Shown one piece after another: positions 39,223-50,571 of a stretch of DNA of 64,000 bases; position 1 is the first letter of the stretch; the number at the start of each line of letters is the position of its first letter. The notes under the pieces are model-generated. The model was not told the origin of the DNA and searched no databases. It saw only the letters and a program-made list of their open reading frames with translations. The stretch comes from Acidilobaceae archaeon (GTDB taxonomy: Archaea; Thermoproteota; Thermoprotei_A; Sulfolobales; Acidilobaceae). The translations under genes were made by a program, and so were the position numbers. The stretch is taken from positions 1-64,000 of the forward strand of contig JAWBBK010000006.1 in assembly GCA_038824665.1 (NCBI GenBank). The letters run 5' to 3'.

Positions 39223-40206
39223 GTGAGCAAAGGGGAAAACAAACAGCCTCTTCACGATAAGATTTTATTCCTCTCCTTAGCTGTACCTACCTTGTTGATT
39301 TCTAGTGTGTTAGTTCTTTTGTTTCTCGCTATGCTCTTTGAAAGCATGCCTATACTTCGTTTACAAGGTCTATCAACTTTTACATCGATAGGTTGGAAGC
39401 CTTCTGAAGAAGAGGCGCCTCCTTCAGTTGGGCTCTTTAGAATCCTCTTTGAGCCTCCTGTAGAGGCCAAATCTTGGTATGGGTTACTCCCACCGCTCGT
39501 CGGTACCGTTTTGACTTCTCTAACAGCTGTTTTTGTGGCTCTACCCCTTTCGCTTTCATTGGTTATCTTCATAGAGGAGGTCTTGCCTAAGAGGTTCAGA
39601 GATCTCATATCAATACCTATTGACATCATGGCAGGGATGCCCACGATACTTTTCGGCATTTGGGGACTGAGCTTTTTAGGACCCTTCCTCCATAAGCATG
39701 TAGCTCCGTTACTTCATAACTATCTGGGCTTCTTGCCCTTCTTTTCATGTGCTCCGCTTTCTGGATATAACGCTTTAACGGCTGGAGTGCTCCTCGGGAT
39801 AATGATAGTTCCATTCATGACAGCAATAATTCAAGAATCCTACGAGTCCATACCTTATACCTATAGAGAGGCCGCTTGGAGTATCGGCCTCTCTCACTTC
39901 GAATACGTTCGTCTGAACCTCTCAATGATATCTCCCGCTGTGCTCTCAGCTATACTTTTAGGTCTCGGTAGAGCAATGAGTGAAACAGCTGCAGTCGCTC
40001 TCGTCGTAGGTAATGTCTACACTTTCTCCGTTTGCCTCTTAAGTCCTTTCTTCACTATAACTTCTTTAATAGCTAACAAGTTTGCTGAAGCCGCTATATA
40101 TCCTTATCTCTCTAACGCTCTTTTCGCTGGCGGGCTTCTGTTGTTAATCATAGGTCTGTTCATTAACACCCTAGGTCTTTTGTATATGAGAAGGGTCAGA
40201 TTCTGA
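39223..40206 (+). CDS. pstC: Phosphate ABC transporter permease
   Basis: AGMPTILFG.WG, P..YREAA..G, GRAMSET. Confidence 0.92.
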   Translation: MSKGENKQPLHDKILFLSLAVPTLLISSVLVLLFLAMLFESMPILRLQGLSTFTSIGWKPSEEEAPPSVGLFRILFEPPVEAKSWYGLLPPLVGTVLTSLTAVFVALPLSLSLVIFIEEVLPKRFRDLISIPIDIMAGMPTILFGIWGLSFLGPFLHKHVAPLLHNYLGFLPFFSCAPLSGYNALTAGVLLGIMIVPFMTAIIQESYESIPYTYREAAWSIGLSHFEYVRLNLSMISPAVLSAILLGLGRAMSETAAVALVVGNVYTFSVCLLSPFFTITSLIANKFAEAAIYPYLSNALFAGGLLLLIIGLFINTLGLLYMRRVRF

Positions 40207-40219
40207 GGTTGAAGGTTTT

Positions 40220-41062
40220 ATGAACTTTAGAAAGCTTGTTGACAAAATATTTGCGATCGTTGTCACCTTATTGGCTTTGTTAGCTCTGATTCCCGTGGTC
40301 CATATAACTTTCTACATAGTTTACAAAGGTCTCCCCACAGTCCTTGAAGAAGGATGGAAGTTCTTTGTATCGGTGCCCGCTCCTGCTACATCGCCTGAAC
40401 CCGGCGGAATAGGTCCTGCGCTAGCCGGAACCATAACTATGGCTACCTTAGCCACATTGATTGCCGTACCGATATCTATAGCCGCAGCAATATTCGCTAC
40501 TGAGCTACCTTCTAGCTTTTTGGCTAGAGCCGTAAGGGCTACAGCTAGATCGCTCATAGAGATTCCTACGATACTCATAGGCATGTTAGTCTTCGTTCTT
40601 CTAGTCGTTCCGCTAGGACACTATATAGGACTAGCTGGAGCTATAGCTTTAGCTATAGTGATGGTTCCATACGTTTACACTTATACAGAACAGGCTCTTC
40701 AACAAGTCCCAAAGACATATATAGAAGCCGGCTATAGCATAGGACTTAAAAGGCTCGAAGTTATATGGCTGATCACGTTGAGAATGTCGTCTAGAGGTAT
40801 AGCGAGAGGCATTACAATAGGGGTTTCCAAAGCTATAGGTGAGACAGCTCCTTTGATCTTCACTGTTCTAGGAGTTAGAAGCGCTATCAACTTCAATCCG
40901 TTAGAGCCTATGGATGCCACACCTCTTATGATCTTCCACTTCATACAAACACCGTTTCCTAGCTGGCAAAAGCTAGCATGGGGAGGAGCCTTTGTACTGT
41001 TGGTGCTTTATCTCTCTGTGTTCATCCTATCTAGGATGGTAGTTAAAGAAGTCAGACGCTGA
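40220..41062 (+). CDS. pstA: Phosphate ABC transporter permease
   Basis: GGIGPA..GT, IPTI..G, AIGETAPL, AWG.A. Confidence 0.92.
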   Translation: MNFRKLVDKIFAIVVTLLALLALIPVVHITFYIVYKGLPTVLEEGWKFFVSVPAPATSPEPGGIGPALAGTITMATLATLIAVPISIAAAIFATELPSSFLARAVRATARSLIEIPTILIGMLVFVLLVVPLGHYIGLAGAIALAIVMVPYVYTYTEQALQQVPKTYIEAGYSIGLKRLEVIWLITLRMSSRGIARGITIGVSKAIGETAPLIFTVLGVRSAINFNPLEPMDATPLMIFHFIQTPFPSWQKLAWGGAFVLLVLYLSVFILSRMVVKEVRR

Positions 41063-41100
41063 GAATCTCTTTTTTATAAAAAACTCAATTTTAGCTAGCC

Positions 41101-41817
41101 TCAAGAGCTTTCTGTTAACTTAGCTAGAGTTTTACACGCCTCACGTAGTATATCTGAGCTACTTCTAAGTCCTTCTGAAAAGCTCTCTTTAGCTGGATAT
41201 CTTATGATTAGAGGACTATAACCCAACCTCTCTTCAGCTTTCTTAGATAGCTCTAGCTCATTAAACAGTTGGTCGGGACCTAAGAGAATTACATGAGGTT
41301 TTATCATCTCTACAGGTTTCATCATATCGTGTTCGTCGCCTAGGATTGCTTCGTAAACGTATTTGATAGAGGAAACAAGTCTCAGTCTAGAACCCTCATC
41401 GAGTACAGGTCTTCTGCCTTTAAGTCTCACAACTGTAGCGTCGCGAGCCACCACAACATAAACTTTGCCAAGCGTGGAAGCGTATCGTAAGAGTTCTATG
41501 TGACCTGGGTGTAATATATCGAAAGTGCCACCAACCATAACTTTTTTCTCTTCTATAAGAGAAGAAGGCCATTTTAATTCGAGAACGCCAAGATATCTTA
41601 ATGCGTCGAGAAGACCTTCAGCATACGATATTGCAACCAGCGCTGTCTCCTCGTCTCCTATTTTTAAATAGTATTGAGCATCATGAGTATACCTTTTAGC
41701 CGAGTCAAAGAGTCTCTCTAAATCCTCTTTCTTTAAGGTTCTTGTCATAACCGAATCCAATTTAATCGATTCCAAAACCCTCAATACGTTGTAAATGTAT
41801 TTTTCGGCTCTCCTCAA
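41101..41817 (-). CDS. ribL: DUF357-FAD synthetase (RibL-like) fusion
   Basis: N-terminal Y..DA.YY...GD..TAL.AISYAEGLLDAL (DUF357-like); C-terminal GGTFDILHPGH, LLGPDQ. Confidence 0.8.
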   Translation of the reverse strand: MRRAEKYIYNVLRVLESIKLDSVMTRTLKKEDLERLFDSAKRYTHDAQYYLKIGDEETALVAISYAEGLLDALRYLGVLELKWPSSLIEEKKVMVGGTFDILHPGHIELLRYASTLGKVYVVVARDATVVRLKGRRPVLDEGSRLRLVSSIKYVYEAILGDEHDMMKPVEMIKPHVILLGPDQLFNELELSKKAEERLGYSPLIIRYPAKESFSEGLRSSSDILREACKTLAKLTESS

Positions 41818-41889
41818 ACTCTCTCCCTATCGTTTTAGGTAAAGATTAAACTCTTTACTGAAAACATTCTAACGGCAGGTTTGAGAACC

Positions 41890-43734
41890 TTGTGTGGAAT
41901 CATCGGAGTAGCGTTGACTAACAACAAAGCAGGAACGTATATAGCGAAAGGGCTAAAGAGATTAGAATATAGAGGATACGATAGTGTTGGATCAGTCATA
42001 ATCACGTCAGACGGAAGAGTCTTAATCAAAAAGCAAAAAGGAGATGTAGACGCGTTTTTATCAAGATTTAAAATAGAAGATATCGATGGAAGCGTTGGGA
42101 TCGGGCATACTAGATGGGCTACACATGGAGAGCCTTCAGACATCAACGCCCATCCTCATACCGATTGTAAAAAAACCATCTTCATAGTTCACAACGGAGT
42201 TGTCAGAAACTATTCCAGTTTACGTGAAGAGCTTATGAACAAAAAGCATGAGTTGATAAGCGTTACTGATACAGAGCTGATAGCCCATGTGATAGAAGAA
42301 GAGCTAGAAAGATCGAAGACCTTCTTAGAGGCTTTAGCTAAGGCCGTAAAGAGAGTCTCTGGAGCGTACGCACTAGCGATTATATACTCTAAAGAGCCCG
42401 ATAGAGTCTATTTCGTCAAAAAAGGAAACCCTTTGGTTATAGGAATTTCAAATATAGGAATGTTCATAGCTAGCGATATTCCAGCTCTTCTCGAGTTCGC
42501 ACGAAATGTTGTAGTGATAGAAGACAATGAAATTGGCTGGATCACCAACAACGACTACAAAGTATTCAGATTGGAAGAAGGTTTTGAAGAGATCGTTTTA
42601 ATCCCTGTCTCAAAGACCCCTATAGTCGTGGAATGGACTCTCGAAGAAGCCGAGAAGGGAGGACATCCTCACTTTATGATCAAGGAGATCGAAGAACAAC
42701 CTCACGTGCTAGCGTCAACATACAACGGGCTGGTAGAAGACCCAAAGACTCTAATTGTCTCAGAGATGATCGCATCAGCAGAGAAGGTCCTGATCGTTGG
42801 AGCTGGGAGTAGTTTTAACGCTGGACTTGTGATAGCTTATTACTTAACTGAGCTGGCTAAAGTGCTACCTCACTTAGCGGTTTCCTCAGAGTTCAAAGTC
42901 TATAAAAACGTAGTAGATAAGAACACTTTGGTAATCGCTATTAGTCAAAGCGGAGAGACTTATGACACTCTTGTCGCTATCCGGGAGTTCAAAAAACTAG
43001 GAGCGCGAATAATAGGGATCAGTAACGTAATCGGTTCGGCTCTCTATAGAGACTCAGATATTTGTGTTTTAATGAGAGCTGGACCAGAGATCGGAGTTGC
43101 AGCTACGAAGACCTATCTTTCACAAGTGCTTGTAGGAGAGATCATAGCTATCAAAGCTGCTCGAGCAGCTGGACGGCTTGGGATCTCAGAAGAAAAAGAA
43201 CAACTAAATAGCCTGAGCCTAGCGCCTTCAATAACTAAACGGTCTATAGAGATATCGCATAAGAGCGCAGACCCTTCTTTGTTGTCTTCTGAGCACAAGA
43301 GTTCATATATATTAGGCAAAGGACTTGGTGGTCTCTTAGCTAGAGAAGCAGCCCTCAAGATTAAGGAGATATCTTACATACATGCCGAAGCTTATCCAGC
43401 AGGAGAAAGCAAACATGGACCTATAGCCTTAGTGGAGCGAAGCTTTCCGGTATTCTTCATAGCTACTAGCGATGCTGAAGAAATCGGAGGCAATATAGCG
43501 GAGATGGCTGCTCGAAAAGCCAAGACAGTTGTAGTAAAGCCTAAGAACTTAAATTTGCAACTATCGAGAGACCTCAGCGAGTTGGTGATTGAAATGCCCG
43601 CCGCACTTAACATCTTGCTAGAGCCTTACTCTCTAATTCCCTTCTTCCAAATACTAGCTTACAGAACGGCTGTAGTTAGAGGCTACAACCCAGACAAGCC
43701 CAGAAACTTAGCCAAAACAGTAACGGTAGAGTAG
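41890..43734 (+). CDS. glmS: Glutamine-fructose-6-phosphate transaminase
   Basis: TTG then CGIIG (Cys1), LEYRGYDS, GHTRWATHG, HNG, SQSGET, ESKHGP, PRNLAKTVTVE. Confidence 0.96.
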   Translation: MCGIIGVALTNNKAGTYIAKGLKRLEYRGYDSVGSVIITSDGRVLIKKQKGDVDAFLSRFKIEDIDGSVGIGHTRWATHGEPSDINAHPHTDCKKTIFIVHNGVVRNYSSLREELMNKKHELISVTDTELIAHVIEEELERSKTFLEALAKAVKRVSGAYALAIIYSKEPDRVYFVKKGNPLVIGISNIGMFIASDIPALLEFARNVVVIEDNEIGWITNNDYKVFRLEEGFEEIVLIPVSKTPIVVEWTLEEAEKGGHPHFMIKEIEEQPHVLASTYNGLVEDPKTLIVSEMIASAEKVLIVGAGSSFNAGLVIAYYLTELAKVLPHLAVSSEFKVYKNVVDKNTLVIAISQSGETYDTLVAIREFKKLGARIIGISNVIGSALYRDSDICVLMRAGPEIGVAATKTYLSQVLVGEIIAIKAARAAGRLGISEEKEQLNSLSLAPSITKRSIEISHKSADPSLLSSEHKSSYILGKGLGGLLAREAALKIKEISYIHAEAYPAGESKHGPIALVERSFPVFFIATSDAEEIGGNIAEMAARKAKTVVVKPKNLNLQLSRDLSELVIEMPAALNILLEPYSLIPFFQILAYRTAVVRGYNPDKPRNLAKTVTVE

Positions 43735-43745
43735 GTAAAAATGCG

Positions 43746-43814
43746 ACCTCAGAGCTTTGGCCCCACATCACCTCTCAGACAGCCCTCTTGGAAGAGGGCC
43801 TTCTCTTCACTGGT
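43746..43814 (-). ncRNA. C/D-box sRNA, predicted guide for Um34 of tRNA-Gln(UUG)
   Basis: ACC-A-GTGAAGA(C)...CTGA(D')-GAG-GTGATGT(C')-GGGGCCAAAGCT-CTGA(D)-GGT. Confidence 0.75.
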
Positions 43815-43832
43815 TGGAAGCTAAAGGTTTCC

Positions 43833-44084
43833 TCAACCTCTTTTTGAAGTCTTCAGCTTAATAATTCTTTCATCTTTTGTGCTAAGTTGAACTACGATAT
43901 AGTTTTCCTTTTCTAATATCATGAGCGATCTAGTTAGGTCTGTTGGAGAGATCTCAATTTTCTCTTTTTCAAAAAGATAAGACTTAAGAGTTGACTCAAG
44001 TACTACCCCGTCGTCTCCGGCAAGCTTCTTAATGGTCTCTAGTATTATATGAGTTAGAGGCAATCGAGTCCAAGTAGTTGACAA
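43833..44084 (-). CDS. Small winged-helix-like protein downstream of cdc48
   Basis: 83 aa; L.RSLM.LE...YI.V wHTH-like pattern; GAGG SD. Confidence 0.6.
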   Translation of the reverse strand: MSTTWTRLPLTHIILETIKKLAGDDGVVLESTLKSYLFEKEKIEISPTDLTRSLMILEKENYIVVQLSTKDERIIKLKTSKRG

Positions 44085-44098
44085 AGAGATCGCCTCTA

Positions 44099-46333
<2,235 letters not shown>

Positions 46334-46461
46334 AGTTGCTCCTTAATAGATTGTGACCTACTTGAGAGTTATAAGTCTGTCCTCTTAGATTAAATGTCAC
46401 CACCTAATTACCGAAGCTTTAAGTATATATGAGAGTGTTTATAGACCACTCTACTACTTAA

Positions 46462-46779
46462 TTAAGAGTTTTGTATTGACTTCTTACATCGCTCGCTTCT
46501 TTTCTTCACATAGCTCTCCACTATCTTTCTTAAAACCGAAATTGGATCTTCGATTACTGCCAAGAGTTCATTCTCTGTTTTGATTATTCTGATGAAGCCC
46601 AGTTTGGAGAGTCTCTTGAGAGAGTTCTTAGAGGCTTTTCTGCTCATACATAGTTCTTTCTCAAGAACTGCTAGAACCAAACCTATATTAACTTTGTTTC
46701 CTAAGCCAAAGCTGTCTACAAGTTTTAAAGCACACGCTATTTCTCTTTTGCTTAGCCTCACTCTACTGCTCCCCCACAA
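46462..46779 (-). CDS. Hypothetical wHTH-like protein
   Basis: About 100 aa; L.RL.KLGFI pattern; coupled to the upstream ORF. Confidence 0.5.
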   Translation of the reverse strand: MWGSSRVRLSKREIACALKLVDSFGLGNKVNIGLVLAVLEKELCMSRKASKNSLKRLSKLGFIRIIKTENELLAVIEDPISVLRKIVESYVKKRSERCKKSIQNS

Positions 46780-47333
46780 GCTGAAGCCAGGCTTGCCATC
46801 AAGAAAACTCTAACGTATGCAGACCCCTTCAGTAACGTGATTTCGTAACCTCTTTCGTTCTTAATTACTACTGGCGTGCTGTTTATTACTGCCACTACAC
46901 CCGGCTTTTCCTTAGAAACTTCAGCTAAAACATACAACCCTCGTAGACCGTTGATTGAAAGAGCTACAGGATCCCTTATGTCGACAGCCTTAGCGACCCC
47001 CTCTATCTCAACCGTATTAGGACTCTCTATCACCGTAACCCTCGGTACTCCAGAAACTACGCATCCTTCAACCCAACTTGGAGAAGCTATCTGAAATGTT
47101 ATTGACCTAGAGAAAGGAGGTTCTCCTCTAAAAATAATGCTTCCAACACCTAAAACCAGACTAATAGACTCATCGGTTTTTGTCTTAACGGTAACGATTG
47201 AAGGATAAGTTATTAGTAATGCCCTCTCTTTAATAGCCCATTCTATGAAATCTTTAGCGTTTAACTCTCTCAATATTTTTTCTAGGTTCGGTAACAAATC
47301 CAGAACGTAGAGTCCTACATCTACTCGAGGCAA
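46758..47333 (-). CDS. Hypothetical beta-rich protein
   Basis: 191-aa ORF; GGAG before TTG. Confidence 0.55.
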   Translation of the reverse strand: MPRVDVGLYVLDLLPNLEKILRELNAKDFIEWAIKERALLITYPSIVTVKTKTDESISLVLGVGSIIFRGEPPFSRSITFQIASPSWVEGCVVSGVPRVTVIESPNTVEIEGVAKAVDIRDPVALSINGLRGLYVLAEVSKEKPGVVAVINSTPVVIKNERGYEITLLKGSAYVRVFLMASLASACGGAVE

Positions 47334-47414
47334 CTTTGATCTCCGATACTGTCGTCAAAGCCGAATTCATAACGTTTATTAGGAGTAAGTGTAGGAGAAG
47401 CTCGGGTGTAGATA

Positions 47415-47624
47415 ATGAGTAAAGTTGAAAGTAAAGACATCCCAATACATGATACTGTGAATCCCCCTCTCTGCAATAGCTGTGGTAAGCCCATAAGCGT
47501 CGAGAATCCCGGTCTTTACTTTGCATGTCCTAACTGTGGTCTTGTTATAATATGGAGATGTAATAAATGTCGTGTTCAGGGAAACCTCTATAAATGTCCT
47601 CATTGTGGATTTGAAGGTCCTTGA
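47415..47624 (+). CDS. Zn-ribbon protein (DUF1610/HVO_2753 family)
   Basis: C..C, F.CPNCG, I.RC..CR, YKCP.CGFEGP; conserved adjacency to ef1b. Confidence 0.9.
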   Translation: MSKVESKDIPIHDTVNPPLCNSCGKPISVENPGLYFACPNCGLVIIWRCNKCRVQGNLYKCPHCGFEGP

Positions 47625-47635
47625 GGTGACTTAAA

Positions 47636-47911
47636 GTGGCAAAGATCGCAGTAGGCGTTAGGGTGTTCCCTTCCGATATAAACCTAAGTCTTGAAGAGCT
47701 ACTCAAGCGTATAGAAAAGTCGCTTCCTCCTGAGTACAGCGTAGCTACCTACATGGAGATACCGATAGCCTTTGGATATAAAGTCTTAAGAGTGATAGTA
47801 TTGATGCCAGAAAACGTTGAAGGCGGCACTGATCAGCTTGAGACGTTGCTCTCTAGCGTAGAGGGAGTAGATCAAATAGAAGTAGAATTCGTACATAGAG
47901 TGTCAGAATAA
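47636..47911 (+). CDS. ef1b: Translation elongation factor 1-beta
   Basis: PIAFG.K.L, EGGTD.LE, VEGV. Confidence 0.93.
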   Translation: MAKIAVGVRVFPSDINLSLEELLKRIEKSLPPEYSVATYMEIPIAFGYKVLRVIVLMPENVEGGTDQLETLLSSVEGVDQIEVEFVHRVSE

Positions 47912-47981
47912 CTAGGTCCATACCAAACCCTAGATTCTCGCTTTTCTCCTCTAGCACTTCACTTATCTAAGGGAGCAAAAC

Positions 47982-48983
47982 GTGTCTCTCAGAATACCTC
48001 TATCGAGAGAAAGAGAAAGAGTAAAAACGGAAGAGATAGAGCGTTTTGACGTAGCGATAGTAGGGGGTGGTCCTGCTGGAGTTGCTGCCGCAATCTATGC
48101 ATCAAGACTGCTTTTGAAGCCGATAGTTCTCACGAAATTCTTTGGGGGGTTACTTAACGAGACTGAATGGGTCGATGATTATCCTGGACTGTTGAAGATC
48201 AAGTCTTCAGAACTCATAGAGCTCTTCAGAAGACATTTGGAACTTTTCAATATCGATGTTAAGACAGGGTTTGAGGTCGAAAGGATAGAGAGACATGGAG
48301 AAATCTTTAGGCTAGTGGGAACGGGGGGGAGAGAAGTAGAAGCTAAAGCTGTGATCATCTGTATAGGTCTGAAAAGAAGAAGGCTCAACGTACCTGGCGA
48401 GACTGAGTTTATCGGACGAGGGGTTAGTTACTGCGCTGTTTGTGATGCACCTCTGTTCAAGGGGAAGAAGAGCGTAGCTGTTGTAGGAGGAGGCGATGCT
48501 GCTGTAGAAGGGGCTATGATTTTGAGTGGCTATGTCAACAAGGTTTACTTAATCCACAGAAGAAGAGAATTTAGAGCAAAACCAGCTCTTGTAAAAGAAG
48601 CTCTAACCAGAGAAAACTTAGAGTTCGTCTTAGAGTCCACAGTAACCGAGATCTTAGGAGACAACGCTGTAAGAGCAGTGAAAGTTAAGAACCTAGCTAC
48701 AGGCGAAGAGAGAATAATCGAAGTTGATGGAGTGTTTATCGAGATAGGTTTCGAGCCTCCAATAGACTTTCTGAAGAGACTTGGATTAGATTTAGATGCT
48801 GAGGGCTACGTTAAAGTCGATGAGTGGATGAGAACAAACATCCCAGGGGTTTTTGCTGCTGGAGACGTTATATCTTTGTGGAAGGGGTTCAAACAAATAA
48901 TCAACGCTGCCGCTACAGGAGCTGTAGCTGCATATAGCGCCTACCAGTACCTGATAGAGAGGGGGATGTTAGAAAGATTATGA
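47982..48983 (+). CDS. trxB: Thioredoxin reductase
   Basis: GGGPAG, GVSYCAVCD, GGGD.A, HRR, GVFAAGD. Confidence 0.94.
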   Translation: MSLRIPLSRERERVKTEEIERFDVAIVGGGPAGVAAAIYASRLLLKPIVLTKFFGGLLNETEWVDDYPGLLKIKSSELIELFRRHLELFNIDVKTGFEVERIERHGEIFRLVGTGGREVEAKAVIICIGLKRRRLNVPGETEFIGRGVSYCAVCDAPLFKGKKSVAVVGGGDAAVEGAMILSGYVNKVYLIHRRREFRAKPALVKEALTRENLEFVLESTVTEILGDNAVRAVKVKNLATGEERIIEVDGVFIEIGFEPPIDFLKRLGLDLDAEGYVKVDEWMRTNIPGVFAAGDVISLWKGFKQIINAAATGAVAAYSAYQYLIERGMLERL

Positions 48984-50053
48984 AAGTCAAGAGAGGCTTA
49001 GGTCTAATACCGAAAGGGCTACCAGATAAGTGGACGCCTCTGGTAGAGAGGTTAGTAAAGCAAGGCTACCACTTCGCTGGTCGTCACTCTTTAGTTAAGA
49101 AGTGCTATTGGACTCATACAGCTATAGTCGAGAGGAGGTTTTGTTATAAGTGTAAGTTCTATGGGATAGCCAGCCACAGAGACATCCAAATGACTCCCTC
49201 AGCTTTCTGGTGCTGGAATGCATGTATCCACTGTTGGAGGATTCGACCTTCAGACTTAGGGATCGAAATGGATGAGACTAGAATCCCCTCAGAGCTTCTA
49301 GACGACCCGAAAGCTGTCTTAGACTCAGCTATTCGAGAACAGAAAAGAATAATAAGTGGATATAAAGGACACCCCAGAGCCGATCCAAAGCTAGTAGAAG
49401 AAGCTATGAATCCTGTACACGTCACTCTAAGCTTGACGGGAGAGCCTACCCTTTATCCCATGTTAGACGAACTCCTCAGAGAGATCCATAAAAGAGGAAT
49501 GACTAGCTTTCTCGTCACTCGAGGAGTAAGGCCTGACGTCTTAAGCGAACTTCAAGAAGAACCCAGTCAGCTCTACATAAGCATTGAGGCATGGGATAAA
49601 CAAAGTTATGAGAGATTAAGCAATCCGCTAGTGCCGCGCGCTTGGGAGCTGACGCTTGAGACGTTATCTATCTTGCCTAGCTTCAGCTCTCCTACTGTTT
49701 TAAGAATAACGTTGATAAAAGGACTTAACGACACCGAAGAGGCTTTGCGCGGGTTCTCTAAGCTTATAGAGTTAGCTCAACCCACTTATGTCGAAATCAA
49801 GGCATACATGTGGCTAGGAGCAAGCAAAAACAGATTACACAACACTGCAATGCCAGAACACGAAGATGTAAAGAAGGTAGCGGAAAAGCTCGCTTTAGCT
49901 ACTGGCTACTCCCTACTAGGAGAGAGCAAAGCTAGCAGAGTTGTGCTTTTGAGCAAACTGAGCAAACCAATAAGAATTGGAGAAGGATGTCCCGAAGGTC
50001 TGGCTACTAACGAGTCCGAAAAAGGTGAATATGACGATATAGAAGATTATTAG
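48980..50053 (+). CDS. taw1: 4-demethylwyosine synthase Tyw1/Taw1 (radical SAM)
   Basis: HS.VK.C.W, CYK.KFYGI.SHR, CWNACIHCWR, SLTGEP, EIKAYM. Confidence 0.93.
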   Translation: MKVKRGLGLIPKGLPDKWTPLVERLVKQGYHFAGRHSLVKKCYWTHTAIVERRFCYKCKFYGIASHRDIQMTPSAFWCWNACIHCWRIRPSDLGIEMDETRIPSELLDDPKAVLDSAIREQKRIISGYKGHPRADPKLVEEAMNPVHVTLSLTGEPTLYPMLDELLREIHKRGMTSFLVTRGVRPDVLSELQEEPSQLYISIEAWDKQSYERLSNPLVPRAWELTLETLSILPSFSSPTVLRITLIKGLNDTEEALRGFSKLIELAQPTYVEIKAYMWLGASKNRLHNTAMPEHEDVKKVAEKLALATGYSLLGESKASRVVLLSKLSKPIRIGEGCPEGLATNESEKGEYDDIEDY

Positions 50054-50097
50054 AAGAGCGTTAAGTTAAATTAAAGAGAGTTCTGTCGAGATGTTCT

Positions 50098-50547
50098 TCA
50101 TTTTTTAAGCGTTTTGCGAATTTTCTTTAATATGAGTTCTAGAACTGGATCGCCATCTTTCAGCTCTTCATAACTGCGAGGGGGTAGCCATCCAGGAATA
50201 ATTCTTCTTAGCTCTTCAAGGCTTACTTTGACGTAGTACTCTGTTGGTCTTTTCACCCAAATGGCTGCAACCCTCCAAGGTCCCTTTACGTACTTCCAGA
50301 CGTCTGGCTTCACTCCTGTATGCGGTCCAGCAACGAGAGCCCAGATCTTTTCAGGAGTTCCAACGTCAACCCTTTCAACTTCGAACTCGCCCACTATCTT
50401 CTGAACGTCTCCGCTTGCATACATAACCATAATTGCTCCTGAAGGAGGAGGCTTTTGCCCTCTCAATCTCCTTAGTTCAACTTTTTTCTCGCCTGTAAGG
50501 ATCGCTTTAGCGTACTTAGGTTTTATGCTTAGGATATACATAGTCAT
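50098..50547 (-). CDS. ASCH/PUA-like domain protein
   Basis: LSIKPKYA.AILTGEK.VELRR, YAS....IVGEF, PP.SY. Confidence 0.82.
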   Translation of the reverse strand: MTMYILSIKPKYAKAILTGEKKVELRRLRGQKPPPSGAIMVMYASGDVQKIVGEFEVERVDVGTPEKIWALVAGPHTGVKPDVWKYVKGPWRVAAIWVKRPTEYYVKVSLEELRRIIPGWLPPRSYEELKDGDPVLELILKKIRKTLKK

Positions 50548-50571
50548 CTCTGCTTCGTCTCGATAGTTAAT

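Noticed and set aside
50098-50547. ASCH gene as a defence-island marker
   Set aside because: Stand-alone among housekeeping genes, with no partner acetyltransferase, kinase or nuclease
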